From: Herpetosiphon gulosus
GTDB lineage: Bacteria > Chloroflexota > Chloroflexia > Chloroflexales > Herpetosiphonaceae
Assembly: GCF_039545135.1 (NCBI RefSeq)
Contig: NZ_BAABRU010000004.1
Location: forward strand, 194,427 to 258,426
Length of the DNA stretch: 64,000 bases
Reading direction: 5' to 3'
Program-made: the position numbers and the translations under genes
Shown: piece after piece, positions 29,688 to 38,368 of the stretch
Numbering within the stretch: position 1 is the stretch's first letter
Layout: each line of letters starts with the position of its first letter
Notes under the pieces: model-generated
What the model saw: only the letters and a program-made list of their open reading frames with translations
The model's database searches: none
Told to the model about the DNA's origin: nothing

Positions 29688-30569
29688 CTATTTCACAATC
29701 ACGCGACAAATTCCGCGCCCGACGGTTGCCTTGCCTCCAAGCTGAATTGGTTTTTGCCACAGTCGGGGTAGCTCGGCATTGATGCTTTCTCCTAAGTCTG
29801 TTTTTGAGGCTGGTGGAGCAATCAACATCAAGCCAGTCAAAATCGATTCAGCAGGTAAGGCTTCTTCATACCAAAGTTGGCCATCAGCAACTGTTTTGGT
29901 TTCATCGTTGAGCCGAATGCGGGCGGTTATTTCGGTGGCAGTATTCAAAAGAAAACTAAACACATCATCATTGACGATGCAGAAACGCTCAACAAACATC
30001 GTTTGCCAGTCTGGTGAATCATCAAAAATGCGCGCTTTGAGCCAATCAGCCCATTGGGTCACTAGCTCAGCTTGATCCGATTGAGATTCAAAATCCAAAT
30101 CTTCTAAATAAATGTCCTTGTGCTTTTCTGATTTTGGTAAGTTTGATTTAAGTGCTGATTTTGTAGCAACAAGACATTGATCGCCATCAGGATTTTTGAT
30201 CCAGCTTGGTGGGATGTTTTCAGCCACAAGATTTTTGATTTCGCGGGCAAGGCGATTGAGAATGTAGGGCGAGGTAACCCATGCGAAGGTGCCATACAAA
30301 CTGCGCACCGGCATGCACAACAAGCGCAGATCAGAAAATTGCACAAAGCCTGCATTACCAGTGGCGTTATCTGATGCTGTTCCAAAGATTTCATCTTTAC
30401 GAGCGCCATTGTAACTATCGCGCAATGGGCCTTTGAGCGATGAGCCAGGCAAATAGGGCAAATTGGTGGCTTTTTCGCGGGCAATCGGCAAATCGATAAC
30501 TCCAGCGCCTTGGCCAGTGCCAGCATGAAGTGGTGAAAGTGCATGGACAAAAACGAGTTTGGTGGTCAT
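29688..30569 (-). CDS. cmr4: Cmr4 (type III-B Cas7 backbone RAMP)
   Basis: VHALSPLHAGTGQGAGVIDLPIARE...LPYLPGSSLKGPLRD G-rich loop and Asp-containing catalytic region typical of Cmr4. Confidence 0.85.
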   Translation of the reverse strand: MTTKLVFVHALSPLHAGTGQGAGVIDLPIAREKATNLPYLPGSSLKGPLRDSYNGARKDEIFGTASDNATGNAGFVQFSDLRLLCMPVRSLYGTFAWVTSPYILNRLAREIKNLVAENIPPSWIKNPDGDQCLVATKSALKSNLPKSEKHKDIYLEDLDFESQSDQAELVTQWADWLKARIFDDSPDWQTMFVERFCIVNDDVFSFLLNTATEITARIRLNDETKTVADGQLWYEEALPAESILTGLMLIAPPASKTDLGESINAELPRLWQKPIQLGGKATVGRGICRVIVK

Positions 30570-30639
30570 TATCGTAGCTCCTTCGCAAGATACGCTAAAA
30601 ATGCTTTGAGAACAGTATTTTTTACCTAGTAACAGTAGA

Positions 30640-32121
30640 TTATTTCGGCATTTTTTCCTTAAGATAGGCTAAAAATGCTTCAAGGATATTCCCTTCTACA
30701 GATATTGAATTTATATTAAGAACTTCATCAGCTCTCAATAAAAACCTAAGATCCTCTGGTTTCGGAGATATAGGGTGGACACTAGCCTTCAGTGATAACT
30801 TCATTTTTGGAGATAATTCGGTTCCTGATAAAATAAATGCTAAGCCAATAAGGTCTCCATTTGCACATTGGAAGGTTTTTAAGATAAGTGGGCTGGCTAA
30901 ACGCTCATTATCTTTTGTTGAATCATTGGGATTTACTAATCCAAGAGTTGTAGGACGAGGATCTAAATCTTTCCGATTAGATCCATATCTATTACCTTTA
31001 AACTGAAAAATGATTGGTAATCCAAACTGAGCACGAGGGAATGCCTTGATTATCTTATACTGCGGACTTGCTTGAACATTATCTGGATTATGATGCTTAA
31101 GATGTTGTTTTGTAATTCTACGAATCTGATTTGGTTCAGGCCAAAGACTTGTTCCATTAGTATTTTTTGCTTGCCGAAAATATTTTAATTTTTCTATCAA
31201 ATCCCTCCACATTCCAAATAAACCTTGTTTTCCTGTTTTATAAAAGATCTTAAATCGATTACTATTACTTATATCTCCTAAAATTGGTAGATCAGGATGA
31301 AAATAAGTGTTTTTATAGTATTTTGTATAATTTCCTAACAGCCAAGACTTAAAATTGTTGGCATTTTTCGGATGTTCTTTATTATCGCATCGAGTAACAG
31401 AACCAAAACCTCTTCTTGTTCTACCTCCAATGCCCCCAAAAGTTTCCCAAGCCCAGAGTGTAGCATCAACTTCAATTTTAATGCCTTTGTGATAAGTAAT
31501 CTTTAGGTTAAATATGACCTCGTTACGAATGGTTTTGATGGGGGTTTGCATTCCATATTTTTTTACGGTTTCCCTGTCAGGTTTAATTGGGAAAGATGCA
31601 TATTCATGAGCAACTTCAGATAGCCCATATGCATTAAATTTCCCTTTTGTCATTCTAATTTCATAGGGTTTCTGCTCCTCCCCATCAGAAATTATCTCAA
31701 CTGAGATTTGAATAGGAATGATATTTTTTAATTTATTATTTTCTTGATTTTGATCATCTACTAGATTACTAGAATCTTGATTCACCTTTTTCTTTTCAGA
31801 AGAGGACGAAGTGCTGGCACTACCCCAAATCTCGGCTTCTCGTTGCCGCATATCATCAAGCCGTTGAGAATCGGTAAAATTTGGATCGGTACTTCCACCA
31901 CGGATAGCACGCCACCAAAAACGCAGTTGGCCGCGAATGCCACTGGCCCGAATTCGCGTGATTGGGTCATTCACCCCAGCTTCAACCCCGCCACCAAACA
32001 ATGGGGTGATCAGCTTGTAGCTGCGGGTTTCGGTGATATAGGTTTGCCCGCCAATGGTAAATTCATTTGGTGCTTGATACTCTATAGGATCTGGTGCAGA
32101 AATAGTTGGTTTACGATTCAT
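30640..32121 (-). CDS. cmr1: Cmr1-like RAMP (Cas7 family, 493 aa)
   Basis: LITPLFGGG...IRASGIRGQLRFWWRA motifs are typical of Cmr1. It overlaps the cmr3 stop by 4 nt (translational coupling). Lower GC than cas10/cmr3. Confidence 0.65.
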   Translation of the reverse strand: MNRKPTISAPDPIEYQAPNEFTIGGQTYITETRSYKLITPLFGGGVEAGVNDPITRIRASGIRGQLRFWWRAIRGGSTDPNFTDSQRLDDMRQREAEIWGSASTSSSSEKKKVNQDSSNLVDDQNQENNKLKNIIPIQISVEIISDGEEQKPYEIRMTKGKFNAYGLSEVAHEYASFPIKPDRETVKKYGMQTPIKTIRNEVIFNLKITYHKGIKIEVDATLWAWETFGGIGGRTRRGFGSVTRCDNKEHPKNANNFKSWLLGNYTKYYKNTYFHPDLPILGDISNSNRFKIFYKTGKQGLFGMWRDLIEKLKYFRQAKNTNGTSLWPEPNQIRRITKQHLKHHNPDNVQASPQYKIIKAFPRAQFGLPIIFQFKGNRYGSNRKDLDPRPTTLGLVNPNDSTKDNERLASPLILKTFQCANGDLIGLAFILSGTELSPKMKLSLKASVHPISPKPEDLRFLLRADEVLNINSISVEGNILEAFLAYLKEKMPK

Positions 32122-33584
32122 TTGGTTACTCCCTTAATTTCAGCGAACGTCCCATCCCAAGCTCCGAGCACTGCTAACCCAAAGCCATCGCGGCGATCTT
32201 GCTCTGCATCGCTTATGCACTGCATCCAAAACTTGGTTATCCAAACTTCAATCGCAGGTTTTTCGCCTACTAGCGAGAGGAACAAGACCGTACCAGCAGG
32301 AGCTAGGCGGCGAGTTGGTTTAGGCTTATGAATTGCTAAATCCCAGCCTGAAATAGCTTGAGCACGCTTGATCGCGATTGCTTCAAGCGTTGGCTGCACC
32401 CCATCAACCTCGCGGCATAGCCAAGTTGGGCGATAGCCCTTTTCAAACATCGCTGGGGTGAGCAAAATCACGCGGCATGCTTGATCTTTTACGATTGCAT
32501 CAACGATAACTTGATCGCATGCTGGCAATGGATGCTCAGTTGGCTCCCAACGAGCCAAACGGCGCTCGCCGCCCAAGGGTGCAATGCTTGGTTGTGGAAT
32601 GCTTAAACCAGTTGTATCGCGGTAATCAGTGCTCACATATAAGGCCAAACGCTGCGCTTTGGCCAATTGTTGCTCGTTGGCTTGGGTAAAGCTTAGACCA
32701 CGAGTTTGAAACAAATGCCCATCTTCAGCTTGTTGAGTATTAGGCTGAATTTCAACATGCGTCCGTTGATCAATTGGCAAGCCTTTAATTCCCAAGTCAG
32801 TACTTTTTTGCACTAAGGAAGTTTGGGTTTGATCAATCAATGCTTCTGGATCTTGCAACCATTGCAGAAAATGTTCCCAATACCAAAATTGCGGTTGCTC
32901 TTTGGCGGGCTTACGCCGATCAACCTCGCCTGAACCAACCAAGCCAAGTTCATTAAAATCGCTGACAAACCCCGCAGGAGCCAGAATTGGCACTAAGCGG
33001 CGGAGCCAAGGCACAGATGTTGTGGGTTCTGCTGGTTGATCGTCGGATGCTTTTGCTTCGGTTTTTGATTCAGGCTCAAACAACAGTGCATCGGCAGGTG
33101 CAGGGCATAAGAATCTCAGGCTATCTTTGGTTTCGTTTGGTTCTAGCAATTCAACTAAGACTGGCCCATAAATTTGAATTGGCTGTAATTTATTTCCCTG
33201 CGCTTGATTAAACTTAGGATCTTTGTTAAATCGAAGGTTTGAAGCATAGGCAGTTTGGGAGCGAATAACCCCAGCCAAAACTGATGGCGGCGGGAACGAC
33301 TGGGTATAGGCACGTGCGCCAGGCGTATTGTTAAATGGTCGGCCATCGCGCACAATCAAGGGGTCACGCGGCTCGATGAGCCACGCTTGCTGAGTTGTAG
33401 TTTCAGCTTTGGTTGGTTGATATGAGTTTGCCTCAACTTGAATTGGTTTAGCAGGCTCACTTATTAATTCAGCTGCTTGATCGCTGCCTAGCGCTGCTGA
33501 AGTTTGCTCAACGAATTGAGTATTGGTGCTGTTTTGCTTTTTGGTTTGTTGCTTTTGCTTAGAACGTTCGCGGCGTGTAGTCAT
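32118..33584 (-). CDS. cmr3: Cmr3 (type III-B Cas5-family subunit) with low-complexity N-terminal extension
   Basis: LIEPRDPLIVRDGRPF is the hallmark Cmr3 N-terminal motif. Start assigned to the ATG at 33584 with a GGAGG RBS. The track ORF from 33674 would overlap cas10. Confidence 0.8.
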   Translation of the reverse strand: MTTRRERSKQKQQTKKQNSTNTQFVEQTSAALGSDQAAELISEPAKPIQVEANSYQPTKAETTTQQAWLIEPRDPLIVRDGRPFNNTPGARAYTQSFPPPSVLAGVIRSQTAYASNLRFNKDPKFNQAQGNKLQPIQIYGPVLVELLEPNETKDSLRFLCPAPADALLFEPESKTEAKASDDQPAEPTTSVPWLRRLVPILAPAGFVSDFNELGLVGSGEVDRRKPAKEQPQFWYWEHFLQWLQDPEALIDQTQTSLVQKSTDLGIKGLPIDQRTHVEIQPNTQQAEDGHLFQTRGLSFTQANEQQLAKAQRLALYVSTDYRDTTGLSIPQPSIAPLGGERRLARWEPTEHPLPACDQVIVDAIVKDQACRVILLTPAMFEKGYRPTWLCREVDGVQPTLEAIAIKRAQAISGWDLAIHKPKPTRRLAPAGTVLFLSLVGEKPAIEVWITKFWMQCISDAEQDRRDGFGLAVLGAWDGTFAEIKGVTK

Positions 33585-33609
33585 AGCAATCCTCCGAAAA
33601 CTTGTTGGA

Positions 33610-35421
33610 TTAATTTCCATTGGCGAGCTTTTGTGCTTCAGCAATAAATTCGGCAATAATGACTTCATCAGCAAATTGTTGAATAATGGAATGAGGCTTG
33701 GTAGTTTGATCTAATAACAAATCATCAATCATTTTGAGTAACTGCTCGGCAATATCGTCCTCAACTTTTTTACCGTTACTCGTATACTTGCGCTCAATGA
33801 TGCGTTTGGCTTCGGCGCGGAGAATACTGGCGGGCAAGTCTTTTAATCGAATAGATAAATCATGCAGTTCAAAGGCAAAACCAAGGGGAATTTGATCATA
33901 TTGATGTAACTCGATTAGGCGCGTCAGCCGCTCATATAACGAAAACTGACCTTCAGGTTTAGCCCACGATCCGGCGATAATTCGATCTGCACCGCCACGT
34001 TTGCTGAGGTTGATTGCCAACGCATTTTTGCCTTTTATGCCTTTGGCTTGCTGCTCAGCTTTACGCGCTAAATCTAAGGCATCGGATAATGGTTCGAGGT
34101 GATGGACAATTGCAATGCCGACCGAGAGTGATACCATTGGGTCAACAAGCGCCTGTTTAAAAGCAGTGGCTAAATCAGCGGCACAATCAAAGACTGTGGC
34201 TAAACGTTTATTATTACCTTCTTGAATTACGTGACTACTCGTTAGTGGTAAAAATGCTAAAACATCATCCCCGCCCGAATAGACTAAGGCTCCTTGATGG
34301 TTTTCGACGATCGACTTAACATTTCCCGCAAATCTAGTTAATTTTTCGGAAATACCTTGATGTTCATCCATCCCATGGGCGGTATTAATAAATCTTCCCA
34401 TAGCATCGCCATCAGCATGCAGAATGGCATAGTAGGGAATGGGAATTGTAGTATCTAGAAATGGTTTTAAGAAATCTTGCAGATATTTTTGAGCCTTTTT
34501 AAGATCTTCTCCTACTAAGGCATCATTGAAACGCTCGGCAAAGAGAAGTGAGCCGTCATAATACTCAAAAATATCATGGTATATCGGTGTTTTTTCGTTT
34601 TGAATATATTCTTTGGCCGATTCGAGTAATTTTAATGCACAAATATAATCCTTCCATAACCTAGTAACAGCTTTAGGATTTTTCTCACTTTGATCTAGTA
34701 AGGTTAGATAATTAAAAACAGGTGTCGCAGCTATATGTGAGGTGCTTGGAAACCTTGAATCGACACCTTTTTGACCATGCCGTTTGAGAATATCAACGCC
34801 TGATAAATGCTCACCAATATTGATTCCATACTCGCGGTACATGGTTAATTCTTGGCCTTTTAGCTCACGGTTATCAATCACCGATTCACGTTCGCCATCG
34901 ATTGAAGATTTTGGAGCGTTTGTGCCCCACGTCACCGCGCTAAAATTACGGGTATTTTTGCGAGCTGCCATCAGGTGTTCAAGCTGCTCGCGGGTTGCAC
35001 AATACACATCATCACTTGCTAAATGCAATGCAACCCAACTAAATTCAATCAAAGCAGCAATTTGAGCTTTGGCTCGGGTTTGATCAAACACACCAGTTAC
35101 TTTTGCAAACGCGCCATCGCGAATCTCATTTACACGAGTATCTAAGGCTTGTTTGGCGGCATCGGCAATCATTTTGACATCGCCCTCTACCTTGGCCAAA
35201 ATTTTGTTGGGCACATTGAAAGCGCTGTTTGGCGCTAAATCTTGGGCTGGATCGGTTGGATAGGGAAAGATCAAATTACCTTTAGCTTGATAAACGCTTT
35301 TTGCCACCGCTTTGGACAACTCGCTGAGTAGCCACGAACCAAACCAGAGGTCGCGGGTGCGGCGAGCGCTGGCGATGAAATCTTGAACTGGGCCAATCGC
35401 GATTAGGATTAAATGAGACAT
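33610..35421 (-). CDS. cas10: Cas10/Cmr2 (type III large subunit), apparently HD-less, with intact GGDD cyclase motif
   Basis: N-terminus MSHLILIAIGPVQDFIASARRTRDLWFGSWLLSEL (Cas10 palm-domain start). GGDD motif in LVYSGGDDVLAFLP. Length is only 603 aa and I found no HD motif. RBS GGGGAG is present. Confidence 0.85.
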   Translation of the reverse strand: MSHLILIAIGPVQDFIASARRTRDLWFGSWLLSELSKAVAKSVYQAKGNLIFPYPTDPAQDLAPNSAFNVPNKILAKVEGDVKMIADAAKQALDTRVNEIRDGAFAKVTGVFDQTRAKAQIAALIEFSWVALHLASDDVYCATREQLEHLMAARKNTRNFSAVTWGTNAPKSSIDGERESVIDNRELKGQELTMYREYGINIGEHLSGVDILKRHGQKGVDSRFPSTSHIAATPVFNYLTLLDQSEKNPKAVTRLWKDYICALKLLESAKEYIQNEKTPIYHDIFEYYDGSLLFAERFNDALVGEDLKKAQKYLQDFLKPFLDTTIPIPYYAILHADGDAMGRFINTAHGMDEHQGISEKLTRFAGNVKSIVENHQGALVYSGGDDVLAFLPLTSSHVIQEGNNKRLATVFDCAADLATAFKQALVDPMVSLSVGIAIVHHLEPLSDALDLARKAEQQAKGIKGKNALAINLSKRGGADRIIAGSWAKPEGQFSLYERLTRLIELHQYDQIPLGFAFELHDLSIRLKDLPASILRAEAKRIIERKYTSNGKKVEDDIAEQLLKMIDDLLLDQTTKPHSIIQQFADEVIIAEFIAEAQKLANGN

Positions 35422-35620
35422 TACAACTCCCCAAAGAACTAACTGGCAACAGAGAGTGGTATAGTTGGAGTGGCTTGGTGGAATGCTAGGAGTTAAGTCT
35501 TATCCTACCAAGGATTGTCAAGCACAGCCTGTACTAGGTATAGATGCAATTTGGCGTGATTTTTTTGCAGCCAATTTGCGCATGTTTGCTTAATTGTTGA
35601 TTAATGGTTGCCACTACCCT

Positions 35621-35650
35621 TTGACTTTTGGCGTATCAATCGTTGATAAT
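35621..35650 (+). promoter_or_regulatory. Sigma70-like promoter (TTGACT - 17/18 nt - GATAAT) upstream of the Ser/Thr kinase gene, in the divergent intergenic region shared with cas10
   Basis: Hexamers read directly, about 35 nt upstream of the GTG start at 35686. Confidence 0.3.
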
Positions 35651-35685
35651 ACAGGCTACGCAATCATGTAGCGGCGGGGGAAACT

Positions 35686-37197
35686 GTGTTTGCTGATTTG
35701 CTGCCTGATGGCACGATCCTTCAAGGACAACACGATCAATATCGGATTCTCGGCATCATCGGGCGCGGGGGCATGGGCGCGGTCTATCGCGGCGAACGCC
35801 TCAGCGATGGCTCAACCTGGGCGGTTAAAGAGATGCGCCCACCAGCCGAGGCCGCTCCCGAGGAAATTGCCGAAAATCGCAAGCTCTTTGACCAAGAAGC
35901 GCAATTATTGCAAACGCTCGATCATCCCAACTTGCCCAAAGTCGTCGATTCATTTGAGCAGGCTGGTCGCCCCACGCTGGTGATGGAATTTGTCCAAGGC
36001 AAAACGCTCGAAGATAAGCAGCGTGAAATGAATGCGCCATTTTTTCAACGTGATGTGCTAAATTGGGGCGTGCAGATTGCGCGGGTGCTCAATTATTTGC
36101 ATAGCCAAAATCCCCCAATTATTTTTCGCGATATGAAGCCGCCGAATGTGATGCTTACGCCTGAAGGCATTATTAAGCTGATCGATTTTGGGGTGGCGCG
36201 AACCTACAAAACCAATAAAAGTAAAGATACAGTGGCCATGGGTTCGGCTGGCTATGCGCCGCCTGAGCAATATGGTAAGGGTCAAACTGATGCGCGAGCC
36301 GATATTTATGCCTTGGGCGCAACCTTGCTGCATATGTTGACCAATCTGCCGCCTGTGCCGCTGCAAACGCCCAAAGATGGCTCGCTGATTAAACATAATC
36401 AATCGGTTACGCCGGAGATGGAGCAGGTGATTATTCGATCGATGGCGATGGATCGCGAGAAGCGCTTTCAGACGATGGCTTCGTTTGAGCAAGCATTGTT
36501 GGCGGTTGATCGCGGGGTGATTGTGCCCGATAAGCGTGATGATCCGACCATGTTGCCCACGCCAGCCCCTGTCTTTAACAATCCGAACCCAAATCCTGCG
36601 CCAGCATGGGGCAATCCCAATCCAAATCCTGCGCCAGCATGGGGTAATCCGAACCCAAATCCTGCGCCAGCATGGGGTAATCCTAATCCGCCACAGTATC
36701 AGCAGCCAATGCCACAACCTGTGCCACAGCCAGCCCCACCATCGTGGGCACCGCCAGTCCAGACCCCAGCGTGGTCGCCACCGCCACAGGCCAATGGCCC
36801 AATTTGTGATCAGTGTGGCCGTATGAATAAACCTAATGCGCGGTTTTGTGCTGGTTGTGGCGCGGCAATCAAACGGGCTGTGCCAAAGCTAGTGATTACC
36901 TCGCCCCGTGCGGTTTGGGAATTGGCATTAACCCACTTTCCTTGCCGCATTGGGCGGCGTGATCCAGCACAAAATCATCATCCTGAGATCGATTTGGCTG
37001 AGCATGATCGAGGCGTGGCCTCGCGTCGCCATGCTGTCATCGAACAACAGGGTGATCATCATTTATTAATTGATTTGGGCAGCATCAATGGCACAAGCAT
37101 CAATGGTGTGCCGATGACTGCCTATCAACCGCACCATCTGCGGCCTGGTGACCGTATTCGGATTGGTGATGTTGAGATGGTTTTTAGTATCGAGTAA
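35686..37197 (+). CDS. Ser/Thr protein kinase with Pro-rich tandem repeats, zinc ribbon and C-terminal FHA domain
   Basis: Kinase motifs (GRGGMGAVYRG, FRDMKPPNVML, DFG, APE). Three NPNPNPAPAWG repeats. CDQCG...CAGCG zinc ribbon. FHA-like end (FPCRIGRR...SRRHAVIE...GSINGTSINGV). Confidence 0.85.
   Translation: MFADLLPDGTILQGQHDQYRILGIIGRGGMGAVYRGERLSDGSTWAVKEMRPPAEAAPEEIAENRKLFDQEAQLLQTLDHPNLPKVVDSFEQAGRPTLVMEFVQGKTLEDKQREMNAPFFQRDVLNWGVQIARVLNYLHSQNPPIIFRDMKPPNVMLTPEGIIKLIDFGVARTYKTNKSKDTVAMGSAGYAPPEQYGKGQTDARADIYALGATLLHMLTNLPPVPLQTPKDGSLIKHNQSVTPEMEQVIIRSMAMDREKRFQTMASFEQALLAVDRGVIVPDKRDDPTMLPTPAPVFNNPNPNPAPAWGNPNPNPAPAWGNPNPNPAPAWGNPNPPQYQQPMPQPVPQPAPPSWAPPVQTPAWSPPPQANGPICDQCGRMNKPNARFCAGCGAAIKRAVPKLVITSPRAVWELALTHFPCRIGRRDPAQNHHPEIDLAEHDRGVASRRHAVIEQQGDHHLLIDLGSINGTSINGVPMTAYQPHHLRPGDRIRIGDVEMVFSIE
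36580..36692 (+). repeat. Three tandem 33-nt repeats (AATCCGAACCCAAATCCTGCGCCAGCATGGGGY) inside the kinase gene, encoding NPNPNPAPAWG x3
   Basis: Near-identical units at 36580, 36613 and 36646, plus a partial fourth. Confidence 0.8.
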
Positions 37198-37199
37198 GT

Positions 37200-38084
37200 A
37201 TGAAACGTAAATTTTTGGTTGGGGCGGGACTGAGTGCCGCCGCTAGTGCGCTTGCTGGCATCGCGGCCTATGCCGCCCATCGTTTAAGTGGCCCAACTGC
37301 CGCGCTCAAACGTGAAACGCTGTTTGCTTTTACGCCATTTGAAACCGGGGTCGATTGGGAAGAAGTCAGTTTTAATTCGGTCGATGGCTTGCAAATTCGC
37401 GCGTGGTGGCTTGGTCGCCCTGAAAGCAAACGCGTCGTGATTGGCTGCCATGGCCATCGCGGTCGCAAAGACGAGTTGCTCGGCATTGGTTCAGGCTTGT
37501 GGCGAGCAGGCATGAATGTATTAATTTTCGATTTTCGTGGGCGCGGCGATAGCGATGATTCGATTTGTTCGCTGGCCTATCACGAGGTTGGCGATTTGCA
37601 TGGCGCGATCAAATATGTTGAATCACGCTTGCCTGAAGCGCAAATTGGGGTGATTGGCTACTCGATGGGCGCAGCAGTCAGCCTGTTGGGCAGCGCCGAT
37701 CAGCCTGCGGTTAAGGCGGTAGTTGCTGATAGCAGCTTTGCCGAAATGGCCAATTTAGTTGATTTTGCTTTTGCCAATCGGCGTTTGCCACGTCGCCCAC
37801 TGCGAGCTTTAGCTGACCAGATTACTGCTCAACGCTATGGTTATCGCTTCGAAGCGGTGCGGCCAATCGAGGCCTTGATTCGCTATGGGCAACGGCCATT
37901 GCTGGTTATTCATTGCACGGGCGATACGGTGATTCCAGTGGTCGATGCCTACGATTTATATGCCGCCGCCCAAGGTCCAAAAGAACTGTGGATCGTTGAA
38001 GATCTGCCACATTGCGGAGCCTATTTCGCTGATCGCCCAGCTTATGTTAAACGAGTCGCCGGGTTTTTCGAGCGCTATTTGTGA
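37200..38084 (+). CDS. Alpha/beta hydrolase fold protein
   Basis: HGHRG oxyanion-region motif, nucleophile elbow GYSMGA, and C-terminal Asp/His positions. Confidence 0.75.
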   Translation: MKRKFLVGAGLSAAASALAGIAAYAAHRLSGPTAALKRETLFAFTPFETGVDWEEVSFNSVDGLQIRAWWLGRPESKRVVIGCHGHRGRKDELLGIGSGLWRAGMNVLIFDFRGRGDSDDSICSLAYHEVGDLHGAIKYVESRLPEAQIGVIGYSMGAAVSLLGSADQPAVKAVVADSSFAEMANLVDFAFANRRLPRRPLRALADQITAQRYGYRFEAVRPIEALIRYGQRPLLVIHCTGDTVIPVVDAYDLYAAAQGPKELWIVEDLPHCGAYFADRPAYVKRVAGFFERYL

Positions 38085-38138
38085 CGTGGGGCTAGGATTC
38101 TGGTGTAATGGTTTATTGCATGAACAACGGCCAGCATG

Positions 38139-38249
38139 CCCTCACCCCCTAGCCCCCTCTCCCGCATGCGAGGCGAGGGGGAACCATCCCACCATGAAGC
38201 TTGGAACTCCCCTCGCCAACCGCAGTGGGAGAGGGGCTGGGGGTGAGGG
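38139..38249. repeat. Two REP-like units in inverted orientation (38139-38181 and 38209-38249) forming a long imperfect palindrome between convergent genes
   Basis: CCCTCACCCCCTAGCCCCCTCTCCCGCATGCGAGGCGAGGGGG ... CCCCTCGCCAACCGCAGTGGGAGAGGGGCTGGGGGTGAGGG. Confidence 0.6.
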
Positions 38250-38368
38250 TACGGTACAATTGGTTGTTACCCCAATGAACTATTACCTTCAGGGACTAGG
38301 GGTCAGAAATTGAGAATTAGCGCTACTTTTTCTGCCCCCTGCCAACTAGCCCCCTGCCCCCTCGCAAA

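Noticed and set aside
33610-35421. HD nuclease domain at the N-terminus of Cas10
   Set aside because: I looked for H-x(n)-HD-x(n)-D motifs before the GPVQ palm start. The protein begins directly with the palm-domain motif at residue 10, so no HD domain is present in this reading frame. An upstream in-frame extension is blocked by a stop.
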